A stretch of 34,490 bases of DNA from a virus (Duplodnaviria; Caudoviricetes), in the IMG/VR virus record IMGVR_UViG_3300043765_000051, positions 1 through 34,490 of that record; one strand, 5' to 3'. Of the stretch, positions 1 through 6,800 are shown in pieces. Numbering within the stretch: position 1 is the stretch's first letter; each line of letters opens with the position of its first letter. The notes below the pieces were generated by a model. That model had not been told where the DNA came from. It saw nothing but the letters and a program-made list of their open reading frames with translations, and did not search any database. The translations under genes and the position numbers were made by a program.

Positions 1-342
1 TTCATCGTGACCGGCGATCCCGTTCTTGGCGCAGTAGCCGGGAACGTGCACGGTATTGTCCACGTCATCTATGCGTAACCAAGCCCTCGGAAGTAAGCGG
101 ACAATCCACTCGGGTGTCCTCAGTATTTGCTCGAGACTGGCGGGCGTTATTGGCAACTTGTCTTCGCTGTCCGCGTGGACATCCGCGATTGTCCACAGGT
201 GGACAGCTACGCCCAGCAGGGTGTGGTACCAGATGCGCGGATCTTTGATGCCCGCGTCAGGTTGAGCGGCCATGGCCTGGGCGATTGTCCAAAGGTCCAG
301 ATCATCGACGAGCTGCTTGTCGACCCGGATGTACCAGCCCAT
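1..342 (-). CDS. Phage replication initiator-like protein, N-terminal part (runs off left edge)
   Basis: Not in the ORF track (no stop in window). ATG at 342 preceded by GAGGAGGGGTT; open to base 1: MGWYIRVDKQLVDDLDLW...LLGVAVHLWTIADVHADSEDKL...AWLRIDDVDNTVHVPGYCAKNG. Resembles the W-I..L..D / G..LW..AD.H / WL..LP..NG pattern of phage replisome-organiser N-termini (recalled, not searched). Confidence 0.65.
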   Translation of the reverse strand, partial: MGWYIRVDKQLVDDLDLWTIAQAMAAQPDAGIKDPRIWYHTLLGVAVHLWTIADVHADSEDKLPITPASLEQILRTPEWIVRLLPRAWLRIDDVDNTVHVPGYCAKNGIAGHDE

Positions 343-383
343 AACCCCTCCTCGCGTCCCGCGTCCTTGGCCCCCGGCCCCCC

Positions 384-611
384 TCAGCCCGTCCAGACTG
401 GCTCGTCAGGTATCGGCGGTGGCCGCGGGCGCGGCCGGCGCAGGCGGGCCTCGAGCTCCTTGAGGCGCTGCATCTTCGCGACGAGGCCCCGGGTGCAGGA
501 TCCCTCGCCGGCTTCGTGCAGCTCCTCGTACAGGGTGCGGGCGATGTAGACGTGCGTGCGGACGTGCTTGCCGCCGGCATTGCGCGGGCGACCGATTTTC
601 GCTTTGTTCAT
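384..611 (-). CDS. Small DNA-binding regulator, ribbon-helix-helix-like
   Basis: 75 aa; GRPR motif, then beta-strand RTHVYI and helices LYEELHEAG...TRGLVAKM; directly upstream of the replication gene. Confidence 0.55.
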   Translation of the reverse strand: MNKAKIGRPRNAGGKHVRTHVYIARTLYEELHEAGEGSCTRGLVAKMQRLKELEARLRRPRPRPPPIPDEPVWTG

Positions 612-665
612 CCGGCCAGTATGCGCCGGTTTAGAGGGACTTTGGTGTGCCGTGTTTGGCGATCC

Positions 666-733
666 GTGCCACCCACCCTGACCTCGGCGTGTATTTGAAT
701 TCTAAGTCGTACGTCCAGAGGTCAGGGCGGCAC
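666..733 (-). other. Long imperfect inverted repeat / RNA hairpin in intergenic region
   Basis: CCCTGACCTC (676-685) and GAGGTCAGGG (718-727) are perfect inverted arms; centre GAATTC (697-702); outer GTGCC/GGCAC. Confidence 0.6.
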
Positions 734-773
734 TTCCTGAGTGCTTCCAGGGCAGCGAGAAAATCGAACGTGA

Positions 774-1046
774 CTAGGGCGCGGGCGGGGTCGGCTCGGG
801 GATCTGCTCGCCGGGATGAGTCGGGTCGGTCGGTCCTGGCGCTGGCGTCGGCTCGAGCGGTTGACCTTGACCGGGATCGGGCTGCTCGTCTTCGGGCTCC
901 TCGGGCCGGTTCGGGATCTTCTCGGGCGGTGTGGCTTTCTCGCCGGGCTTGCGTGGCGTCGGAGCGGCGTGCATCGGCGGCCTCCGTTTCGATTTGAGCT
1001 TGGCCTTCGGTTTGAGCTTCAGCACCTTGCGCTTTCTCATCGGCAT
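774..1046 (-). CDS. Hypothetical protein: Lys/Arg-rich N-terminus, acidic Pro-rich C-terminus
   Basis: 90 aa; starts 3 nt after the upstream stop, with GAAGGGA upstream. Confidence 0.6.
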   Translation of the reverse strand: MPMRKRKVLKLKPKAKLKSKRRPPMHAAPTPRKPGEKATPPEKIPNRPEEPEDEQPDPGQGQPLEPTPAPGPTDPTHPGEQIPEPTPPAP

Positions 1047-1049
1047 GGT

Positions 1050-1280
1050 TCATCCCTTCTTCGGTGGAGTGGGCGGCGGGTTCTTCGGCGGCGTGCCGGT
1101 CGGGATCGCCGTTTCCGGGTGCGCCGGCACGAGGTTGAGCGTCGCGAGGATCGCGGTCACCAACGCGGAGAGCACCGTCAACCACTCGACACTCCAAAGA
1201 TGCGCCAAGTGACCGCCATCGAGGAGCACGGTGAGGACCGCGAAGAACTCCAGCGCGTATTTTCGCCAGTTCTCGCTCAT
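1050..1280 (-). CDS. Holin-like membrane protein
   Basis: 76 aa; two hydrophobic segments (YALEFFAVLTVLL, WLTVLSALVTAILATLNLV), basic Pro-rich tail; SD GAAGGA. Confidence 0.55.
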   Translation of the reverse strand: MSENWRKYALEFFAVLTVLLDGGHLAHLWSVEWLTVLSALVTAILATLNLVPAHPETAIPTGTPPKNPPPTPPKKG

Positions 1281-1286
1281 GGTCCT

Positions 1287-1556
1287 TCACCGCGGCGGCT
1301 TGTACGGAATGTTGCGCTTGGAGCCCGGGGCCTTGCCGTTACCCGGCGACCACAAGGGGCGCGGCATCGCGGGATCGGCTTGCATGATGGAGTCCTGGCG
1401 ATGCTCGGCCGCGAGCCGGTTGACGCCCGTGTCCTGGCGCTCAAGCGTGGTGGTGGAATTCCACTTCGTTTCGTGTCGGCCGCCGCTACGCTGCTCGCGC
1501 ATTGGGCCGGGCGGGTTGCTCGAGCGCTTCCCCGGAGTGCTGACGTTCAGTGGCAT
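1287..1556 (-). CDS. Hypothetical hydrophilic protein
   Basis: 89 aa; SD GGGAG upstream of ATG; fills the gap between the two membrane genes. Confidence 0.55.
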   Translation of the reverse strand: MPLNVSTPGKRSSNPPGPMREQRSGGRHETKWNSTTTLERQDTGVNRLAAEHRQDSIMQADPAMPRPLWSPGNGKAPGSKRNIPYKPPR

Positions 1557-1764
1557 GGCTCTTCTCCCGAATGAGGACAGGCAGGAAGACCAGCACCGCG
1601 AAACCGGCGGCGATCATAGCGCCCATCTGTGACTGCAAGTACATGGCCCACGCGAAGAGCGCGAACGTCATCGCGAGGGTGAGGATGAGCACGAGCCGAG
1701 TGCGGAGGACACCCAGCGCGACGTTCGCGCCCGTCAGCATTTCAACCAGGTCGAGCTGTCTCAT
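1486..1764 (-). CDS. Two-TM membrane protein (holin/antiholin-like)
   Basis: 92 aa; ATGA-coupled; hydrophobic LVLILTLAMTFALFAWAMYL and MIAAGFAVLVFLPVLI; charged C-tail. Confidence 0.6.
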   Translation of the reverse strand: MRQLDLVEMLTGANVALGVLRTRLVLILTLAMTFALFAWAMYLQSQMGAMIAAGFAVLVFLPVLIREKSHATERQHSGEALEQPARPNARAA

Positions 1765-1985
1765 GGCTTCGGCGGCGGCACGGGATCGGGATCAGCGAAG
1801 GCATCACCGAAGGAAGCCTCATCGAGCTTCTGCTGGGCGATCATCAGTTTCGCGAGCGTGTTACCGAGCTTCGAGATGTCATCCGCAGAGCTGGCGCGCT
1901 CGAGCGCCTTGACGACTTTGCGCGTGGCCTTGTGCAGGTCGCTCCCCTCGTCGGCCTCGGGCTTGATGTGCGCGACGCGGCTCAT
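1761..1985 (-). CDS. Hypothetical helical protein (74 aa)
   Basis: Start moved to ATG 1985 (MSRVAHIKPE...), ATGA overlap with the upstream stop. Confidence 0.65.
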   Translation of the reverse strand: MSRVAHIKPEADEGSDLHKATRKVVKALERASSADDISKLGNTLAKLMIAQQKLDEASFGDAFADPDPVPPPKP

Positions 1986-2266
1986 CGGCGCGGGCGCCAC
2001 CACACGAAGGCGAGGCCCCCGAGCCCCAGGGCGAAGAGCGCGAGCGGCGGCGGCTCCCTCACACTGGCGCAAGGATCATCCGCGTCACAGTCGCGCAGAC
2101 TCCCGGGACATTGCTGGGCATTGCCGTCGCAGTCGGTCTGCTTCGGATCTTTGCCCTTGCCGTGGTCGTTGTCCCAGCCGCGGTGAAAGCCCGGCTGCTT
2201 GTCGTGCGCCTCGAAGACGTCGTTCGGTCCCTGCTGCAGCATGGCAGCGGCAATGAGTTCAATCAT
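1982..2266 (-). CDS. Small protein with PEP-CTERM-like C-terminal sorting signal (94 aa)
   Basis: Start moved to ATG 2266 (SD GAGGTG). Ends SVREPPPLALFALGLGGLAFVWWRPRR: VxEP motif, TM helix, Arg cluster. Confidence 0.65.
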   Translation of the reverse strand: MIELIAAAMLQQGPNDVFEAHDKQPGFHRGWDNDHGKGKDPKQTDCDGNAQQCPGSLRDCDADDPCASVREPPPLALFALGLGGLAFVWWRPRR

Positions 2267-2271
2267 CGGCG

Positions 2272-2526
2272 TCACCTCAACATATTGATCGAGCCAACTC
2301 CCGAGAGCGCCCGGTGCCAACGATAGGCCTGCTGCATGTCGACCACGAGCACACCATTCGGCCCGTGCTGATGCGTATCCAGCAAGTCGAGCCGGTCCCG
2401 CAGCTCGGCATACACGCGCCGCCAATCTTCCACCTCCTGGCGCAGTCGCTCGATCTTCTCGGCGTCACTGCACTTGTCCCACGGTTTCGGGCCGATCCAG
2501 CCCGGTGTGTCCGGCGTGGCGTTCAT
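2272..2526 (-). CDS. Hypothetical coiled-coil protein (84 aa)
   Basis: Start moved to ATG 2526 (ATGA overlap; SD GAGGAG); heptad-like EKIERLRQEVEDWRRVYAELRDRLDLL. Confidence 0.65.
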   Translation of the reverse strand: MNATPDTPGWIGPKPWDKCSDAEKIERLRQEVEDWRRVYAELRDRLDLLDTHQHGPNGVLVVDMQQAYRWHRALSGVGSINMLR

Positions 2527-2675
2527 CGGCGAGCTCCTCGAGGTCGGGGCCTCAGTTGGCGGCCGGTGCGGTAGCTCTGGCCCGTGGATTTCTGGCACAC
2601 AGCATACGGATTAACGCCGCTGCCGCGGGCCTTGACGTGCTGGACGCAGCGGTGAACACGGGTACCGACGGGCAT
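2523..2675 (-). CDS. Small basic protein with two Cys (NPYAVC motif), 50 aa
   Basis: ATG 2675 with GGAGAG upstream (alternative GTG 2714); MPVGTRVHRCVQHVKARGSGVNPYAVCQKSTG...RPRPRGARR. Confidence 0.6.
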   Translation of the reverse strand: MPVGTRVHRCVQHVKARGSGVNPYAVCQKSTGQSYRTGRQLRPRPRGARR

Positions 2676-2710
2676 GGGCTTCTCTCCGTCCCAGATGATA
2701 GTCCGCTCTC

Positions 2711-2809
2711 TCACCGGAACTGCACGCTGAAGAGCCAGGTGAGCAGCAAGAACCAGATCACGGCTCCGACGGCCGAGGCGAAGATCACCGCGCGCTGGAA
2801 GGGGCTCAC
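2711..2809 (-). CDS. 32-aa single-TM micro-protein
   Basis: Below ORF-track cutoff; GTGA-coupled to the upstream stop; MSPFQRAVIFASAVGAVIWFLLLTWLFSVQFR. Confidence 0.55.
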   Translation of the reverse strand: MSPFQRAVIFASAVGAVIWFLLLTWLFSVQFR

Positions 2810-2904
2810 CGTCGCCCCGGCCGCTGCAGCCGGCGGTTGAACTGCCGCCTCGTATAGCGCGGGAACCCCCGTTGCTCGGGCAACCGCTGGCGGGTCTTAG
2901 CCAT
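2806..2904 (-). CDS. 32-aa Arg-rich micro-protein
   Basis: Below ORF-track cutoff; TGATG overlap with the upstream stop; MAKTRQRLPEQRGFPRYTRRQFNRRLQRPGRR. Confidence 0.5.
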   Translation of the reverse strand: MAKTRQRLPEQRGFPRYTRRQFNRRLQRPGRR

Positions 2905-3251
2905 CAGTGCTGGCCGACGCCCGTTCCGTCGCCTGCCGCAGCTGGCGGTGGTGAGAGCCGGTTGAGCAAGTCCTCGGCGACGTTCTTCATGCCACCGTGG
3001 AAGCCGATGTATGAGCCCTCGGTGACGTAATAAATCGCGGCCCTACCTGTGCCGCTGTAGACGCTGACGGTGATCGTGCGCGCGAGCGAATAGTTCGGGG
3101 GCGTCACAATCGCGAAAGGTGTGATTCCCTCCGCTGCGAGCGGTTGGGGGCCTTTTGCCGTCCCGTTCGGCGAAGATGCTGCAGCCTCGGGCGTAGGCTC
3201 GGCGGCAGAAATTTCTTCATGGGACGGTGGCTGAGTCTTGCGTGCGGACAT
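2904..3251 (-). CDS. Hypothetical protein (115 aa)
   Basis: Start moved to ATG 3251 (MSARKTQPP...), strong SD GAGGAGG. Confidence 0.7.
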   Translation of the reverse strand: MSARKTQPPSHEEISAAEPTPEAAASSPNGTAKGPQPLAAEGITPFAIVTPPNYSLARTITVSVYSGTGRAAIYYVTEGSYIGFHGGMKNVAEDLLNRLSPPPAAAGDGTGVGQH

Positions 3252-3261
3252 GTGGGCCTCC

Positions 3262-3840
3262 TCAAGCAATGACCAAGGTGAAGCTCTTCGATCCCATGAA
3301 GCCGGCGGTGTCCTTGACCGCGAGCGTGAACACATAGGTGCCGGCCGTCGTCGGGGTGCCTGACAGCACGCCTGCACTCAAGGTCATGCCGGCCGGGATC
3401 GTGCCGCTCGCCTGGGTGAAGGTGTAGGGGCTCGTGCCGCCGGAGGCGGCGAAGGTCACCGCGGTGTAGGCGACGGCATGGGTTCCGGGCGGGAGCGGTG
3501 AGGCGTTGGTGATCTGCACCGCGACGTTGGCGGGGAAGCTCGGGGCCTGCGTCGTGCCGGCGTTCCACGGGGTGATCGAGAGCACCTTGGTGGTGTCGGT
3601 GATGGTGGGCGCGGTGGGCGAGGGCGGAATGACGGCGGCCCCCGAAGTGAACGGGATGGTCTGCGCGATGATTGAATTGGTGGGCGCTGCCGCGATCAGC
3701 GCGGCGTTCATCCACTGCACGGCGTAGGGCGGGATCGTGGTCCAGAACGCGGCCGTCGCGGAGACGGCGGGGTTCGCGGTCGGGGCCGGGACCGGCGGTG
3801 CGACGGTACTCTCGGTCACCCATTGGTTCAGCGCGGCCAT
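3262..3840 (-). CDS. Putative virion protein with C-terminal putative-Ig (He_PIG-like) domain
   Basis: C-terminal ~90 aa: LPPGT..VAY..TFAASGGTSPYTF..SGTIPAGMTLSAGVLSGTPTTAGTYVFTLAVKD, the typical putative-Ig pattern. Confidence 0.75.
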   Translation of the reverse strand: MAALNQWVTESTVAPPVPAPTANPAVSATAAFWTTIPPYAVQWMNAALIAAAPTNSIIAQTIPFTSGAAVIPPSPTAPTITDTTKVLSITPWNAGTTQAPSFPANVAVQITNASPLPPGTHAVAYTAVTFAASGGTSPYTFTQASGTIPAGMTLSAGVLSGTPTTAGTYVFTLAVKDTAGFMGSKSFTLVIA

Positions 3841-3842
3841 GC

Positions 3843-6800
3843 TTACTTCCCCTTTTCCATGCGTTGCTTCTTACGCTCAAAGCGCTCCTTGCGCGACTCC
3901 AGCTTGTACTCCTGCTTCTTCTCCTCGGTCGCGCCGTAGGTCTGGACGCCGAAGAGCCCGCTGATGTTCGCCGACACGCCCCCGCCCGCGAGCCACTGCT
4001 GGGAGCTGATCGGCAGGAATTGTTTCGCGAGAAAGTTGGCGTAGGCGGTCGGCACGTCGAGGCCCTCGGCACCGGTCGGCACGATGTCGGGCGCGTAGTG
4101 CGGCTGGTGGGCGATCCACTGCTTGCCGAAAGCCATCTCGCCCGCGACGCGCGGCCAGAAGCCGAGCTTGTTGTCGGCGGTCTGAATCGGATCCTGCATG
4201 AACTCGAACGGCTCCATGGCGTGCTTCGAGAACTGCATGGTGCGGCCGTCGGCTTTCTCGATGCGCGTCGGATCGCTGTTCTGCCAGATGTACTTGCCGG
4301 CCATGAGGTAGTTGAGGCCGTTCGCGAGCGTCAGGTAATAGAGCGCGGTCTTCATCAGGTAGCGGCGGTGGAGAGCGGCGAGGCTTGAGTCCTCGACGGC
4401 TCCGGGGAGCGCCATGTAAGCGCTGCGGAAGGTCGCGAACGTCCAGTCGGGAGCGAACATGAGGAGCTGCATCGCGCGCTTGCCGGTCGGGGTAAAGAAC
4501 ATGTAGGCGGCATCGCGCGCGAACCGCGAGCCCGTCTCCTGGCTCATGCGGAACCAGTCGAGGGAGCCAAAGATCGTGTTGGCGTAGTTGGCGGCGATCT
4601 CCGCGGCCCGCGCCCGCGGGATGCCCTTGCCGGTGAGCTGCTCGAGCGAGTCGAGCGCGACGATGAGCTTGAAGCCGTTCTGCAGCGTGTCGAAGGTGAA
4701 GCCGTTTAGCGCGCGGTCGAACTTGCCGATTGCATCGCGGGCCTTCTCGGTCGCGGCGGTGATCGGGAAAGTCGTGTCGACGTTCTGCTGCACCCAGGCC
4801 AGCGCGCGGTTGAACTGGTCGGACTCGAGCTCGAGCGGCCGGCCGATCCGCAACCCCCCCATGAGCAGCGCCTCGATGTCCGGGTCGTTCGCCGGCAGGC
4901 GGTAGCGCTCCATCATGCGTTTCGCGGCGGCATAGGTGGCCGGAGCCCCGACGAGCGGAATCGCTTCGATACCCAGTCCGCGGCGCGCGGCGAGAAAAGC
5001 CTGATAGAGGTTCTGCGCGTGAAAGAGCGACATCGCGACGATCATCCGCTTCTGCGTCATGTTGATACGGTTGGCGGCGATGAGGAGGTCGTGCGGCGTG
5101 TAAGCGTCGTAGACGAATCGCAGCTGCGGAGCGATGTCCTTGTGGACCTTGTAGCCTTCGAGGAAACGCCCCGGCATCGTTTCGTAGTTGGGGCCGGCGT
5201 CCTTGGCGGGCTCGATCAGGTGACGCGGTTCCTTGGCGGCGAACTTGCGCGCGGCAGCTCCCGGTGGCGGCTCGGGCGGCAAGTACCAGCCTCCGGGCTC
5301 GTTCGCGGCCTCGCGGTCGACCGGCGGGAAGTCCCCGCCCCCACCGCCAGGTGGACGCTCGATGGGCGGCTTGCTCGGCGGCAGTCCGATCCGCTTCGAG
5401 CCTGACCAGACATCGCGCGGCAAGTGATAGCCGGTCGTGCTGTTGGGATCCTGATGCTGGGCAGCTCGCGCGTCGGGGACGTCGACGTACTCCAGATGAT
5501 CGGCGTGATGCACGTCGCGGGAGGCCATCTCGGCCATCTGGCGGTTGTGCGTGAACCAGCGCGTCGGCTCGGGCGCTTCATGGACGGTCATCAGATACAA
5601 CATTCGCGCGACGAGCGGACCCAGCTCGTGCCCCTGCAGCTCCGCGAAGGTTCGCGGCAAGTCGCCGCCCAACCAACGTCCCAAGTCGGCCCAGCTCTGT
5701 CCGGGTTGCGGCCGGTGGTCCGAGGCATAGATTTCGTCTTCGACCAGGTGCTGCACGTCGCGCGGTAGTTTCGGGTAGACCGAATTCCAGAAGTCCGTCG
5801 CGAGTCTCTTGGGCGTTGAGTCCTGATCGAGGTCGCGGAGGAGCTGGTCATCGCGCAGTAGATCCTGCGGATCCTTGTTGGCGGCGGCGGTGAGGCGCTC
5901 CTCGCGGTCGGCGATTCTCGCCCCCGGCTCCATGGCGTAGAGCCGTGTGTGACCGTCGGCGAGCGGCGGCTCGGCCTGATGCGGCCGGAATCCCTGCACG
6001 CGCCCGGGTTTCGGCTGACCGCCGGGGATTTCGTACACGTCGCCGTAAATGTCGCTCGTGTCGGTCTTGCGGTAGCGCGTGAGCTGGTCCTGCGGCACGT
6101 CCATGAAGAACACGCGCTGACCGCGCATGACCTCGGGGAGCTGGTGCAGACGGTTGATGTCGGTCGTCCAGTTGAGCGCGTTGGAGTGCAGCGCGTAGAG
6201 GCGCGTGTGGCCCCACGGTGGCCCGGGCGGCTCCTCGCTGGCGATCGGCGTGAACCGGTCGGACGTCAGGCGCTTGGGGCGCGTGATTTCCTCGTACTCG
6301 GCGGTGTAGGGCTGGTCCTCGAGCAGTCCTCCGCCTGCAGGTCCGCGTGGCTCGGGCGGCATGCCGCGGTTCTCCGGTCCCAACACCGTCGGCGGAAAGC
6401 CCTGCACCGGCCAGTTCTTGAGCGCCTCGATCATCCGTTTGCGCTCGATCGCCCGGAACATGGACTGCCCGTAAATGTCGATGACTTCCGCGATGTCGGT
6501 CGTTTTGATGCGCAGGTTCGATCCGCGCAGCGCCTCCTGCAGCTCCATGATGGTGGGATAGGTGCGGCGCTTGCCGAAGCGCGTGCCCGAAACACCGGCT
6601 CCCCTCTCGCGGCGATCCTCTTCGCCGGCGCGGAAGGAAATGATGTCCCACAGGGCATCCTTGATCCGCTCGAACTCGCTCCGACCCTTCGCCATCTCGG
6701 GAGCGTTCTCCACGATATGCGTCACGTAGTCATCGAGGATCCCGCGAATCACATCGGCATCGAGGGCGGTTTCGCCCATCATGTCGAAGAACGCGCCCAC

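Noticed and set aside
631-1290. 219-aa minus-strand ORF in the track
   Set aside because: Overlaps two better-supported genes (774-1046, 1050-1280) in another frame; its unique 3' part has no start codon and coincides with the hairpin.
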